Assembly: GCA_043804695.1 (NCBI GenBank)
Contig: JAZDIV010000023.1
Location: 1-43,171, forward strand
Direction: 5' to 3'
Length of the DNA stretch: 43,171 nucleotides
Source: PVC group bacterium
Lineage (GTDB): Bacteria; Auribacterota; Erginobacteria; Erginobacterales; Erginobacteraceae
Position numbers and translations under genes: made by a program. How positions within the stretch are numbered: the stretch's first letter is position 1; every line of letters starts with the position of its first letter. The notes beneath the pieces were generated by a model. The model made no database searches, was not told the origin of the DNA, and saw only the letters and a program-made list of their open reading frames with translations. This document shows positions 10,735 to 20,990 of the stretch, one piece after another.

Positions 10735-11478
10735 TCAATCTTTTCCTTTCACCCGGCCGGCCTGCACCCGTTTCCAGATCGCCCAGAGAAACCACCTGAT
10801 GTATTCCGGGGCCACCTTCAGGACCTTGAAATGGGATTTTCCCCTGGCCCGGTCCTTCCAGACGGTGGGGACTTCGGCAATTCGGAACCCTCCGACGTAT
10901 GCCTTGACGGTCAGCTCCAGCCCGGTGGTGAAATTGTCCGATTTCAGTATCCCCACTTTCGGGAGGATGTCCGCCCGATACATCTTATAGGCGTTGGTGG
11001 CATCATTCGTCGGCAGACCGATCAGGATTTTGAGGACGATCCCCAGCAGCCGGGAGAGGAAATGCTTGATCTGGTCCTGGTGCTCCCCGGATCCTCCCGA
11101 GATGTAGCGGGAGGCCGAGACCAGGTCGTACCCCTTCTTGATCTTCTCCAGCATCACCGGGATGACGGTCACGTCGTCGGCGAGATCCGCCATGACCGCC
11201 ACGATCACCCCCCCGTCCACCTCTTCATACGCCCGGTTGAGACATCTCCCCAGTCCGTGATTGCCCCGGCGGTTGACCAGGACGATGTTATCGATGCTCT
11301 CCTGCAGCTTCTCCACGACCTCCCAGGTCCGGTCGGTCGAGTTGTCGTTGACCACGATCAGCTTGTGGGGGATCTTCACCCGGTCCTGGATCTCCCGGAT
11401 GGTCCGGATGGTCTCGGAGATGCTCTGCTCTTCATTGTAAGCGGGAACGATGATGTTCAAAAAATAGGGATCCGTCAT
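10735..11478 (-). CDS. Family 2 glycosyltransferase (Dpm1-like)
   Basis: IIVPAYNEEQSI, VVNDNSTD, MADL, SRYISGG, DATNAYKMY, EVPTVWKDR..GKS. Confidence 0.92.
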   Translation of the reverse strand: MTDPYFLNIIVPAYNEEQSISETIRTIREIQDRVKIPHKLIVVNDNSTDRTWEVVEKLQESIDNIVLVNRRGNHGLGRCLNRAYEEVDGGVIVAVMADLADDVTVIPVMLEKIKKGYDLVSASRYISGGSGEHQDQIKHFLSRLLGIVLKILIGLPTNDATNAYKMYRADILPKVGILKSDNFTTGLELTVKAYVGGFRIAEVPTVWKDRARGKSHFKVLKVAPEYIRWFLWAIWKRVQAGRVKGKD

Positions 11479-11484
11479 GGTATT

Positions 11485-11680
11485 AATTAGCGCCTTCGGC
11501 GCTACTTAATATTGGACCCCGATTGATTCAATCGGGGTCTGTTGGTTAACTATAATATTTCTACCGAGGCAATCCTATAAAAAAGTCTTATAACCGCAGC
11601 CAACATTTTACCTCTGAAGAACGCGGGATCTGTAGAATGAAAGCTGTTCAACTATTATTTTTCACAGAAAAATAATATTA
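11485..11680. repeat. ~200-bp structured intergenic element, copy 1
   Basis: Close to 28583-28808 over the first ~125 bp and to the reverse complement of 27429-27633. Three hairpins plus a TGTTGG/CCAACA long-range pairing. Confidence 0.8.
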
Positions 11681-12120
11681 GGCACTTTTTCCAAGAGTAT
11701 CGTCACCGGACCGTCGTTCTCCAGCCGGACCAGCATGTCGGCCCCGAAGACGCCTCTCCCCGGGGGGAACCCCAGCCCGGACAGGCACCGGCAGAAATAA
11801 TCGTAGAGCCGCTCTCCCTGTTCCGGGGGAGCCGCGTCGCTGAAACCGGGGCGGCGCCCCCGCCGGCAGTCGGCATAAAGGGTGAACTGGGAGACCGCCA
11901 GGATCTCTCCCCCGATGTCCGGAAGGGAGAGGTTCATCTTCCCGCCGACGTCTTCGAAGACCCGCAGTCCGGCAACCTTGCCGGCCAGAAACTCCGCCTC
12001 CCGTTCGGTGTCGCCGCGGGCCACCCCCAGGAGCACCAGGAAGCCCCGCCCGATCCGCGAGATCGTCTGCCCCCCGATTTCCACCGAGGCGGATCTCACC
12101 CGCTGAATGACCGCCCTCAT
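11662..12120 (-). CDS. dtd: D-aminoacyl-tRNA deacylase
   Basis: MRAVIQRV, LRVFED..GKMNLS, VSQFTL, FGADMLV.LENDGPVT. Confidence 0.97.
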   Translation of the reverse strand: MRAVIQRVRSASVEIGGQTISRIGRGFLVLLGVARGDTEREAEFLAGKVAGLRVFEDVGGKMNLSLPDIGGEILAVSQFTLYADCRRGRRPGFSDAAPPEQGERLYDYFCRCLSGLGFPPGRGVFGADMLVRLENDGPVTILLEKVPNIIFL

Positions 12121-12222
12121 TATAAATTAGCTCGCTTCGCTCGCTAATTTACTGCTTCGGAATTTTCAGCCTGAGGCTGATGCGCCTCTGGCGCACAATA
12201 AATGTCGTAGCGGCAGCCTTCA

Positions 12223-12389
12223 GAGGCTGTCCGGTAAACCCTAAAATGTCATTGCGAGCCCCGAAGGGGCGAAGCAATCTATTTTTTCATTCACAACCAC
12301 CTCTTATCCAAAATGATGAGATTGCTTCGTCGCTGCGCTCCTCGCAATGACCTCTAAAATGCCTAAAATCTGAATTATCGGACAGCCTC
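12223..12389. mobile_element. 167-bp MITE (IS1182-like ends), copy 1
   Basis: TIRs GAGGCTGTCCG/CGGACAGCCTC and 4-bp TSD TTCA (12219-22, 12390-93). Inserted in the loop of GGCAGCC-TTCA-GGCTGCC. Inverted copy at 32084-32274. Confidence 0.85.
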
Positions 12390-12630
12390 TTCAGGCTGCC
12401 ATAATATGGCGACCTGAAGGTCGCCGCTACAAAGTTGCGCCGCAGGCGCTAATTTATGTTTTAAACCAAGACTATCATGATTACAGCGAGGCAATACCGG
12501 TAATTTAAAATAGTCCTGCAATATTGCTTCTCTGCTTGCACATTCTTATTTTTCCGTAGGGAAAATAAGATTATTATACCTTCATGAAGACGGATTATAA
12601 CACAATCAAAATACAGGGGGAACAGTTAGA

Positions 12631-13602
12631 TTGAACTCACCGCTCACCAATCTCGAGAGATGCTCAATCTGCCCGCGGGACTGCCGGGTCAACCGCGGCG
12701 CGGGAGAGCACGGCTACTGCCGGACCGGGACCGGCTTCCCGATCGCCTCCATCTGCCTCCACCGGGGGGAGGAACCGCCTCTCTCGGGAGAGAGCGGGAT
12801 CTGCAACGTCTTCTTCGCCCACTGTAACCTCCAGTGCCTCTATTGCCAGAACAGCCAGATCAGCCGAAACGACAACGGCCGCGGGGGAGACCGGATGACC
12901 CTCGGGGAGGCCGTCGGCCGGATCGAAAAAACGCTCGACCGGGGGGCGCGAGGCGTCGGGTTCGTCTCCCCTTCCCACTGCATATCGCAGATGCGGGCGA
13001 TCATCCGGGGTTTGCGGGAGCGGGGCCGGCGTCCGTTCTTCGTCATGAACACCGGCGGCTACGACCGAGCGGAGACGATCGCCGCCCTCAAAGATGAGAT
13101 CGACGTCTACCTCCCCGATCTGAAATACCGCGACCCCGGCCTGGCCGAACGATACTCCGGGGCCCGGGACTATCCCGCCGTCGCCGGCCGGGCGCTCCGG
13201 GAGATGTACCGGCAGAAAGGGCCGGAGCTGTCGTTCGGGCCCGACGGCGCCATCCGCTCCGGCCTGATTGTCCGCCACCTGATCCTCCCGGGCGAAACCG
13301 AGAACAGCAGGGCCTGCCTCCGCTTCATCGCGGAAGAGCTCTCCCCCGGCGTCCACATCTCGCTGATGGCCCAGTATCATCCGCCGCCCGCCGTCTATGA
13401 GCATCCGCGACTGGGGCGACCGCTGTGCCGAGAAGAATATGAAGAAGTAAAAGAAGAGATGGAACGCCTGGGGTTCCGCAACGGCTGGATCCAGGAACTG
13501 GAGAGCCACGAGAGTTATCTACCCGACTTCGATAAAGTCAACGTCTTTACTGATTCCGATCAAAGTATCTGGGAAGAAGGGAGTAGTGGAGTATTGGAGT
13601 GA
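12631..13602 (+). CDS. PflX-like radical SAM protein
   Basis: CSICPRDCRVNR, HRGEEPPL, CNLQCLYCQN (CxxxCxxC), IDVYLPDLKY, GLIVRHLILPG, SLMAQYHP. Confidence 0.92.
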   Translation: MNSPLTNLERCSICPRDCRVNRGAGEHGYCRTGTGFPIASICLHRGEEPPLSGESGICNVFFAHCNLQCLYCQNSQISRNDNGRGGDRMTLGEAVGRIEKTLDRGARGVGFVSPSHCISQMRAIIRGLRERGRRPFFVMNTGGYDRAETIAALKDEIDVYLPDLKYRDPGLAERYSGARDYPAVAGRALREMYRQKGPELSFGPDGAIRSGLIVRHLILPGETENSRACLRFIAEELSPGVHISLMAQYHPPPAVYEHPRLGRPLCREEYEEVKEEMERLGFRNGWIQELESHESYLPDFDKVNVFTDSDQSIWEEGSSGVLE

Positions 13603-13644
13603 TGGAGTGATGAGGCTGAGGCACCCCGGTCTTCCATTACTCCA

Positions 13645-14172
13645 TCACTCCATTACTCCCTCATCAAGATTCCTACGTCCCCTCTCATCCTTCACTACCT
13701 CAATAACGTCTCCCACCGCCACCCCCCCCCCCTCCACCACCCGGGCGAAGATCCCTTCCCGGGGCATGATGCAGTCCCCGGAGAGCTTTCGGATGGCGCA
13801 GCCGTCGTGGCATTCCTTGCCGATCTGGGTGACCCGGAGAACAACCTCGCTGCCGATCCGCAGGAGGGCGCCGACCGGGATGGTGTGAAGCTCGATCCCC
13901 CGGGTCGTCAGGTTCTCGGCGAAATCCCCGGGCGCGAAGGGGGGGTAATCACTGCCGGGAGACTGCCGCGAGAGAGCGCGCTCCAGTTTCGCCATGCTCT
14001 CGGCCGCCAGGAGGCTGATCTGCCGGTGTCCGGTCCCGCTGTGGGCGTCCTCCTCGATCCCCCAGTCCGGCTGCAGCCGGGCTTCTCCGACGTTCTTTTT
14101 CCGGACCCCCTTGCGGTCGCTGACGCAAACCGCCACGATCTCTCCCGGTTGTTTTTGAATCACCATAATCAC
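13645..14172 (-). CDS. MOSC domain protein
   Basis: GIEEDAH, RQISLL, PGDFAENLTT, VTQIGKECH, CIMPREGIFARV. Confidence 0.92.
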   Translation of the reverse strand: MIMVIQKQPGEIVAVCVSDRKGVRKKNVGEARLQPDWGIEEDAHSGTGHRQISLLAAESMAKLERALSRQSPGSDYPPFAPGDFAENLTTRGIELHTIPVGALLRIGSEVVLRVTQIGKECHDGCAIRKLSGDCIMPREGIFARVVEGGGVAVGDVIEVVKDERGRRNLDEGVME

Positions 14173-14230
14173 AAAATTCTAAATATTAATTAAGATCTAA
14201 CCTGTTGCTTCGAAATTTCACTACTTATTT

Positions 14231-14490
14231 GCCACCAAGGCACAAAGGCACCAAGAAAAGAGGAAAAAGTGAAAAATATTCACCTACTAAGGAGGGCATT
14301 AAATAGATCGCATTCTCAGCAATAGTCATTGCGAGCGCAGCGAAGCAATCCCTTGTTCTTCAACTAATTGAGATTGCTTCGTCCAGCCGCCGTAGCCTTC
14401 GGCTACTATGGAGGAGGCGGCTCACTTCGTTCCTCGCAATGACATGCATTCTATTTAATGCTCTCCTTAGTGTCTTGGTGTCTTAGTGGC
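14231..14490. repeat. Nested inverted-repeat element
   Basis: Outer 8-mer IR GCCACCAAGGCACAAAGGCACCAAG / CTTAGTGTCTTGGTGTCTTAGTGGC. Middle ~21-bp IR ACTAAGGAGGGCATTAAATAG / CTATTTAATGCTCTCCTTAGT. Inner GTCATTGCGAG..GAAGCAATC / GATTGCTTC..CTCGCAATGAC pair. Confidence 0.75.
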
Positions 14491-14510
14491 GAAAAGTTGC
14501 GCCGAAGGCG

Positions 14511-14846
14511 CTACTTTATTTCTTCCCCCAGCCAGTCGAGATACTCTCGGCTGCCGCCGCTGACGGGGAGAGCGACGATCTCGGGGACCTCGTAGCGGTG
14601 GATTTTCTTCACGGCCCCGATCAGACCGTTCAGCTTTTTCCCGCGGGTCTTGGCGACCAGGAGAAATTCCTCCGCCTGGTCGATCTTTCCCTCCCACCGG
14701 AAATAGGACTCGCCCCGGGGGAAGATGCTGACGCAGGCGGCAAGACGCTCCTCGAGCAGTGTCAGGGCGATCGTGCGCGCCTCTTCCCGGTCCGGGCTGG
14801 TCATCAGGACGACGATGTATGGATTATCTTCCGGCTCATTCATCAT
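14511..14846 (-). CDS. cutA: Divalent-cation tolerance protein CutA
   Basis: LLEERLAACV, SYFRWEGKI, HRYEVPEIVALP, YLDW. Confidence 0.95.
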   Translation of the reverse strand: MMNEPEDNPYIVVLMTSPDREEARTIALTLLEERLAACVSIFPRGESYFRWEGKIDQAEEFLLVAKTRGKKLNGLIGAVKKIHRYEVPEIVALPVSGGSREYLDWLGEEIK

Positions 14847-14890
14847 TTCATTCCTGCTCCGGCAGATTAAGGGAGAATAAAAACAACTAA

Positions 14891-15202
14891 TCAGTCGCCG
14901 GCCGCGATCGCGAGGGCCGGCGGGGACGTGCTCTCCGGAGTTTTTTTCTTCTCGGAAGGAGCTTTCTCGGCCGGAGGCTTCGTCTTCTCCTTCTCTTTCT
15001 TCTCCGCCTCCTGATAGCCTTTGCTCCGGTAGTCCGTCTGATAGAAACCGGAACCTTTAAAGATGATACCCGCTCCGGTTCCGATCAGCCGCTTCACCTT
15101 TCCCCCACAGAGGGGACACCGGGCGAGCTTCTTGGCTCTAATGCTCTGAAACTTTTCAAAACGGTGACCGCACTCTCCGCAAACATAATCATAGGTCGGC
15201 AT
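14891..15202 (-). CDS. FmdB-family zinc-ribbon protein
   Basis: MPTYDYVCGECGHRFE, CPLCGG, GIIFKGSGFYQTDY. Confidence 0.94.
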   Translation of the reverse strand: MPTYDYVCGECGHRFEKFQSIRAKKLARCPLCGGKVKRLIGTGAGIIFKGSGFYQTDYRSKGYQEAEKKEKEKTKPPAEKAPSEKKKTPESTSPPALAIAAGD

Positions 15203-15218
15203 GAGTCTGCTCCCTTCT

Positions 15219-15322
15219 AAATTAGCGCCTCCGGCGCTAATTTAGATAATCACACCTTGCTGAAACAAAATTATTGTTATCCCGACGGATGTCGGGAAAA
15301 TTCCGAAGCAACAAGTTAGTAT
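15219..15322. repeat. Hairpin-to-AAAATTCCGAAGCA intergenic element (related copies at 15394-15449 and 24835-25048)
   Basis: Shared modules AAATTAGC-hairpin-GCTAATTT, AATCACA.CT.GCTGAAA.AAAA and TTGTTATCCCGACGG..GTCGGGAAAATTCCGAAGCA. Confidence 0.75.
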
Positions 15323-15505
15323 CAGGGGTCATCATAGAGCACTATTTTTGATTGTCAAGTTTACAGAGGTCCGGTTATGCTTGATCGTTCAATAAAATAG
15401 CGCCTTCGGCGCTCTTTTAGTTGAAATTCCGAAGCAGCAAGGTAATATCCCATAACCGCGCTCCAAAGTTTAAAATAGAGGCACTAATAATCCTGGGGTA
15501 ATGGA

Positions 15506-16399
15506 GTGATGATTGGACAGGATTGCCAATCCTACCTGGCGAAGAAGAAAGAACTGATCGACCGGGCCCTGGCGGCATTCCTCGAGCGGGGGGAGGGATG
15601 CCCGGAGATACTGCGGCAGGCGATGCGGTACGGCCTGCTGGGAGGGGGGAAGCGGATCCGCCCCATCCTCTGCCTGGCTGCCTGCCGGACGGCCGGCGGC
15701 GAGGAGAAAGGCGCCCTGGCCGCGGCCTGCGCCCTGGAGATGATCCACGCCTACTCGCTCATCCACGACGACCTGCCGGCCATGGACGACGACGATCTCC
15801 GCCGCGGCCGGCCGACCCTTCACCGCGCTTTCAATGAAGGCACCGCCATCCTGACGGGAGACGCCCTCCTCACGCTGGCCTTCGAGGTGATCGCCCGGGA
15901 CGGGCATCTGAGCGACCGGCAAGCCCGGCGGATCGTAACCGAACTGGCGTCCGGCGCCGGGGACCGGGGGATGGTGGGGGGACAGCAGGCCGATCTCGCC
16001 GCCGAAGGGCGGCGGGTGGACGGGGGCGCCTTAAAATATATCCACACCCGCAAAACCGGGGCGCTCCTCACCGCCTCCGTTCTCTGCGGGGCGATCGCCG
16101 GGGGCGCCGGGCCGAAACAGCTCGACCGCTTCAAAGGGTTCGGGAAGGCGATCGGCCTCGCTTTCCAGATCAGGGACGACCTGCTCGACGTCGAGGGGGA
16201 GGCCGCCGCGCTGGGAAAGCCCACCGGTCAGGATGAAAAGGCCGGGAAGGCGACCTATCCCGCCGTCTGGGGGATACCAGCCTCCCGGGAAAAACTCGAG
16301 GAAGCGATCGGGGAAGCGCTGGCCGCGCTGGAAGAGTTCGGCGAAGAAGCCGGACCCCTCCGGGAAATCGCCCGGTTCATCGGCTCCCGGGAGATGTGA
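15506..16399 (+). CDS. ispA: Farnesyl/geranylgeranyl diphosphate synthase
   Basis: GGKRIRP, YSLIHDDLPAMDDDDLRRG, GMVGGQ, KTGALL, AFQIRDDLLD, KATYP. Confidence 0.93.
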   Translation: MMIGQDCQSYLAKKKELIDRALAAFLERGEGCPEILRQAMRYGLLGGGKRIRPILCLAACRTAGGEEKGALAAACALEMIHAYSLIHDDLPAMDDDDLRRGRPTLHRAFNEGTAILTGDALLTLAFEVIARDGHLSDRQARRIVTELASGAGDRGMVGGQQADLAAEGRRVDGGALKYIHTRKTGALLTASVLCGAIAGGAGPKQLDRFKGFGKAIGLAFQIRDDLLDVEGEAAALGKPTGQDEKAGKATYPAVWGIPASREKLEEAIGEALAALEEFGEEAGPLREIARFIGSREM

Positions 16400-16501
16400 T
16401 CAGGAGTCAGTAATCGGTAATCAGTAATCGGTAATCAGTAATCGGTAAGCGGTGAAGGCGACATGCGAGGTTTTCACCGCTCACTGCTAACCGCTCACCG
16501 C

Positions 16502-16897
16502 TTACGATTTCACAAAAGAGATCCAGACTCTTCTCTGCCGGGGGCCGTCGAACTCGCAGAAGAAGATGCCTTGCCAGGTCCCCAGCCGCAGCCGTCCCCG
16601 CTCCACCGGGACACAGACCGACGACCCCATCAGCGAGGCCCTGACGTGGGAGTCGGCGTTCCCCTCCAGATGGGAATACCCGGTCCCGGCGGGAACCAGC
16701 CGGGAGAGGACCGACTGGATGTCGGCCCGGACGCTCGGGTCGGCGTTCTCGTTGATGGTGATTCCGGCGGTCGTGTGGGGAACAAAGACCACGCAGATCC
16801 CGTCCTCCATCCCCGAAGCGGAGACCTCGCGCTCCACCAGGTCGGTGATCTCCACCATCTCCGATCGCCGGCAAGTTTTTAGAGCGATTGTTTTCAT
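16502..16897 (-). CDS. yjbQ: YjbQ/UPF0047 family protein
   Basis: HTTAGITINENADP, HLEGNADSH, LGTWQGIFFCEFDGPR. Confidence 0.94.
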   Translation of the reverse strand: MKTIALKTCRRSEMVEITDLVEREVSASGMEDGICVVFVPHTTAGITINENADPSVRADIQSVLSRLVPAGTGYSHLEGNADSHVRASLMGSSVCVPVERGRLRLGTWQGIFFCEFDGPRQRRVWISFVKS

Positions 16898-17006
16898 CTA
16901 AAATTTTCCTCCGGAAAATTTTAACTTTCGTCATTTGTCATTCGGATTTCGTCATTTGTTGTATTTTATCCTTGAGCCACCCTGCCCGCGGAGCTTTCGG
17001 TTCAAC

Positions 17007-17037
<31 letters not shown>

Positions 17038-17050
17038 GAGCGTTGGACGT

Positions 17051-17701
17051 TCATTCTTTCTTCATCTCCCTCTGTAGCCACCCCCCCCACTCCTCCATCC
17101 CCTCCCCGGTCCGGCAGGAGACCTCGATGACCGGGATGGCGGGGTTGACGGCTCTCAGACCGCTGTAAAAAGCCGCCCGGTCAAAGTCAGTATAGGGGAT
17201 AAGGTCGATCTTGTTCAGAATCACCACCGCCGCCTCGATAAAAAGAAGCGGGTACTTGGTCGGCTTGTCATCGCCTTCGGCGACGCTGACCAGCCCGATC
17301 TTTGCTTCTTCCCCCAGGTTGAAGCCGACCGGGCAGACCAGGTTGCCGACATTCTCGATGATCAAAAGGTCGATCGCGTCAAGATCCATCCCGGCCAGCG
17401 CCTCCCGGATCATCTGCGGACTCAGGTGACATCCCCGGCCGGTGTTGATCTGGAGCGCGTCCAGCCCCAGCCTCCGGAGCCGGACCGCGTCCTTGTCCGA
17501 TGCCAGGTCGCCTTCGATCACCCCGATCCTGATTTTTTTCCCCAGCCGCCGGTAGGCGGCCTCGATGAGCGAGGTCTTCCCCGAACCGGGAGACCCGATC
17601 AGGTTGAATGCCGTCACTCCGTGCCGGCGCAGCGTCAGCCGGTTCTCCGCCCCGATCCGGTCTTCTTCTTTCAAGATATCCTGTTTGATCGCAACCTTCA
17701 C
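17051..17701 (-). CDS. hypB: Hydrogenase nickel incorporation GTPase HypB
   Basis: GSPGSGKT, VIEGD, TGRGCHL, IENVGNLVCP, EGDDKPTKYP, NKID. Confidence 0.96.
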   Translation of the reverse strand: MKVAIKQDILKEEDRIGAENRLTLRRHGVTAFNLIGSPGSGKTSLIEAAYRRLGKKIRIGVIEGDLASDKDAVRLRRLGLDALQINTGRGCHLSPQMIREALAGMDLDAIDLLIIENVGNLVCPVGFNLGEEAKIGLVSVAEGDDKPTKYPLLFIEAAVVILNKIDLIPYTDFDRAAFYSGLRAVNPAIPVIEVSCRTGEGMEEWGGWLQREMKKE

Positions 17702-17745
17702 TGCTCCTCCCCAGATTTCAACAGTTAATATGAATGTGATTGAAT

Positions 17746-18002
17746 GTCACGTCCTGATTTAAAGTTGTCACTTTTTACCGGTAAAACGTTGTCATACTAA
17801 GATCCCTGCCGCTTTATGCGGCAGGTGAATCAATTCATAGCTATCAAATTATAGCAGCTCAGGACTTTCTCCCCTGCCGCGTAAAGCGGCAGAGGCCGTT
17901 TTGGGTTTTGTCCCATTCGATTAGCTTATCGAACTTTCATTCCCCGGGGATAAACCCCGGGGGGATGTGCTTTATCTGTGACAACCTATATCAGGACGGG
18001 AC
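17746..18002. mobile_element. ~257-bp MITE-like insert between hypA and hypB carrying three REP palindromes
   Basis: Imperfect ~25-bp TIRs GTCACGTCCTGATTTAAAGTTGTCA / TGACAACCTATATCAGGACGGGAC. Internal palindromes at ~17804, ~17871 and ~17941. No clear TSD. Confidence 0.7.
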
Positions 18003-18038
18003 CATTTCGTTCGACGATGAACGTTGGACGTTGGACGT

Positions 18039-18398
18039 TCATTCTTTTACATCTTTCCTCTCTCCTTCTATATAATCAATGTACAGCTCCTTCCCGGAGA
18101 GGATTTCCAGGTCGCCGCCGGCGCAATGAGCGCAAGTGAAGAGGATCCCGCCCTCCGCGGTTGTTTCTCCGCAGGACCGGCAGCGGACCTCCAGGGGCAC
18201 CGTCTCGGTCACCAGCCGGGCGCCGGCAATCTCCGTCTCCCCGGCCAGCATCTCAAACGCGGTCTCGAGAGTTTCGGGGATCACCTGCCGGAGCGCGCCC
18301 ACTTTTATGACCACCCGGGAGACCGCGGCCAGATTTTCCTTTCGGGCGGCTTCCGTCACCAGCCTGACCAGGTTATCGGCGATCGCCCATTCGTGCAT
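18039..18398 (-). CDS. hypA: Hydrogenase maturation nickel metallochaperone HypA
   Basis: MHE start, CRSC and CAHC zinc site, SGKELYI. Confidence 0.95.
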   Translation of the reverse strand: MHEWAIADNLVRLVTEAARKENLAAVSRVVIKVGALRQVIPETLETAFEMLAGETEIAGARLVTETVPLEVRCRSCGETTAEGGILFTCAHCAGGDLEILSGKELYIDYIEGERKDVKE

Positions 18399-18522
18399 GG
18401 TGAAGACTCGGCTCTCGGTTACGGTTACGAAGCCCGGGTCGTTGATCGGTAACGGTCACGTGAGCGAGGGAGCTCGACTTTACCGTAACTCTCTCCGAAA
18501 CGGGCATCGTTACCCTCACCTT

Positions 18523-19437
18523 TTAACCTTCTTTTAATGGCACCTCGTACACGTCCAGGTCCCGGGCGATCCGGGTGTTCGGGAAAACCTCCCGGGCTTC
18601 CCGGAGCATCGACGTGATCGAAAGATACCGGGGGCTGAGGTGGACCAGGACCAGCTGGCGGACCCCCGCCTCTTGCGCGATCCGGGCCGCCTCCCGGGCG
18701 GTGGAGTGGCCCCTCAGCCTGCTCTCCCCGGCCATCTCGTCGTCGAACATCCCGTCGTGGATGAGAAGATCGGCCCCCCGGGAGAAATCAACGGCCGCCG
18801 GGAAAGGGCGGGTGTCCACCATATACACAACGGTACGTCCCGGCCGCGGTTCTCCCAGGACCTCTTCCGGCTGCACCCGCCGCCCGTCATCCAGAACCGC
18901 CTCTTTCCCCGATTGAAGACGCTTGTAGAGCGGGCCGGGCGGTATCCCCAATTTCTCCGCCGCTTCCAGATCGAACCGGCCCGGGCGCGGACGTTCCACC
19001 AGCCGGTAGGCGAGGGTAAAGACCCGATGATCAACCGGCATCGCTTCGATGCAATAATCCCCTTCGTCAACGATCACCCCGCCCTCGATTTCTTTCACTT
19101 CGAGCGGATAAGCGACGCCGAACCGGAGATATTTCCGGCTGAGATGGACGTAGTCGGCGATCCCGGGGGGACCGAAGATGGAGAGGGGCGCGGACCGGGA
19201 TCCCATGCTCATGCTCATCAGGAGACCGGCCAGCCCGATGACGTGGTCGCCGTGAAGATGGGTGACGCAGATCGCCCGCAGGCGCGCCCAGCCCAGATGA
19301 GACCTGCCCAGCTGGAGCTGGGTGCCCTCTCCGCAGTCGAACATGAACATCTCCCCTTCACGAAGGAGGACCGTGGAGGGAAGCATCCTCCGGGTGGTGG
19401 GGAACGATCCTCCTGAGCCCAGGATTACTACTCTCAT
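18523..19437 (-). CDS. rnz: Ribonuclease Z
   Basis: FDCGEGTQ, THLHGDH, exosite GIPPGP, DTRP, GHST, HLSPRY. Start reassigned to ATG 19437. Confidence 0.96.
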   Translation of the reverse strand: MRVVILGSGGSFPTTRRMLPSTVLLREGEMFMFDCGEGTQLQLGRSHLGWARLRAICVTHLHGDHVIGLAGLLMSMSMGSRSAPLSIFGPPGIADYVHLSRKYLRFGVAYPLEVKEIEGGVIVDEGDYCIEAMPVDHRVFTLAYRLVERPRPGRFDLEAAEKLGIPPGPLYKRLQSGKEAVLDDGRRVQPEEVLGEPRPGRTVVYMVDTRPFPAAVDFSRGADLLIHDGMFDDEMAGESRLRGHSTAREAARIAQEAGVRQLVLVHLSPRYLSITSMLREAREVFPNTRIARDLDVYEVPLKEG

Positions 19438-19635
19438 GAATAATTTTTCCTTCGAAAAATTATTACAACAATCGGTTACGTAAAGAATATCTTTATAGTG
19501 GCAATTTTGCCTTTGAATAAGTCTGAATACTAACAAATTTTTGTCAACCCGGAATTACATTTATCATCATTCCATCACTCCATCCCTGCTTTTTCTCTTC
19601 ATGCCTCTTTAGTCTTCAGTGTTATATTCAGACCC

Positions 19636-20859
19636 ATGACGACTTTTGAAAAAGACCGACAGTTCTACCGGTTCGCGGTATACGGGTTCCTGAAGAATTT
19701 GCGCTTCTTCGAGCCCTTCATCATCCTCTATTTCCGGGAGACGGGTTTTTCCTTCCTCGAGATCGGCACACTGTACTCCATCCGCGAGACCGCCACCCTC
19801 CTCCTCGAACTTCCCACCGGTTTCATCGCCGACTTCTACGGCCGGCGAATATCGATGATCGTTTCCATGCTGGCTTACATCGCCAGTTTCCTCATTTTCT
19901 ATCTCTTCCCGTACTTTTTTGCCTTCGCGGCCGGGATGATTCTCTTCGGCGTCGGGGAGGCGTTCCGGACCGGGCCCCATAAAGCCCTGATCCTCGAACA
20001 CCTCCGGCAGAGGGGACTGCTTGATCTCCGGGTTGATTACTACGGCGCTACCCGGGGCGCCTCCCAGCTCGGCTCCGCTCTGAACGCGATCCTGGCGGCC
20101 GCGCTGGTCTTCTACGGAGGAAGCTACCGGATCGTCTTCCCGGCGGCGATCATTCCCTGTCTGATGAACCTGATCAACCTGGCCACCTATCCGAAGATAC
20201 TCGATCGGGCAATCCGGAGAACCGAGAAGAGACAGACCTTGGGAGATTTTCTCGCGGTCTTCCGCCACCGGGATTCACGGCGGGGGATACTGAACTCGGG
20301 CGTCTTCGATGCCTTCTTCAATACCGGTCAGGAATATCTCCAGCCGATCCTGAAGAGCATGGCCGTCGCCCTCCCGGTCCTGAGCGCCCTGGAAGGGCGG
20401 CAGAGAACCGCCGTCCTGGTGGGGATCGTTTATTTCCTGATCTACCTGGTCACCAGTTACGCGTCACGGAATGCCGGCCGCATGAGCCGGAGATTAGGCG
20501 ACACGGCCCGGACACTGAACCTGACCTACCTGGCCGGGGCGGCCATGCTGGCCGTTGCGGGCGTTTTCATCGGACTCAATATCCCGGAGGGGGCGGTACT
20601 CTTTTTCCTCCTCATCTTTGTTCTCCAGAACGCCCGACGTCCCGTCAACATAACCTATATCAGCGAGAAGATATCCCACCGGGCTATGGCCTCGGGGCTC
20701 TCGGCTGAGTCCCAGATCAAAACCCTGATAATGGCGCTCATCGCCCCCGCGGCCGGTTTCCTGGCCGACCGCTTCGGAATCGGCCCCGCGCTCATTGTCA
20801 GCGGAGTCGTCATGGGCCTCTTGCTGACCGGGGCTCATCTCAGGGAAGAGACTAAATAA
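19636..20859 (+). CDS. MFS transporter
   Basis: About 12 TM helices. ELPTGFIADFYGRR (motif A) and GFLADRFG. Confidence 0.92.
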   Translation: MTTFEKDRQFYRFAVYGFLKNLRFFEPFIILYFRETGFSFLEIGTLYSIRETATLLLELPTGFIADFYGRRISMIVSMLAYIASFLIFYLFPYFFAFAAGMILFGVGEAFRTGPHKALILEHLRQRGLLDLRVDYYGATRGASQLGSALNAILAAALVFYGGSYRIVFPAAIIPCLMNLINLATYPKILDRAIRRTEKRQTLGDFLAVFRHRDSRRGILNSGVFDAFFNTGQEYLQPILKSMAVALPVLSALEGRQRTAVLVGIVYFLIYLVTSYASRNAGRMSRRLGDTARTLNLTYLAGAAMLAVAGVFIGLNIPEGAVLFFLLIFVLQNARRPVNITYISEKISHRAMASGLSAESQIKTLIMALIAPAAGFLADRFGIGPALIVSGVVMGLLLTGAHLREETK

Positions 20860-20990
20860 TGACCCCGATTGTATCGGGTCGGAGCCAAACCCGACCCGAA
20901 AAATAATCTTCGATTATCTCGGGTTAAAAATGACGAATGAGGAGGAGGCGATGGAGGTTATCCGGGAATATTCCTGATCGGTTACCCCGA

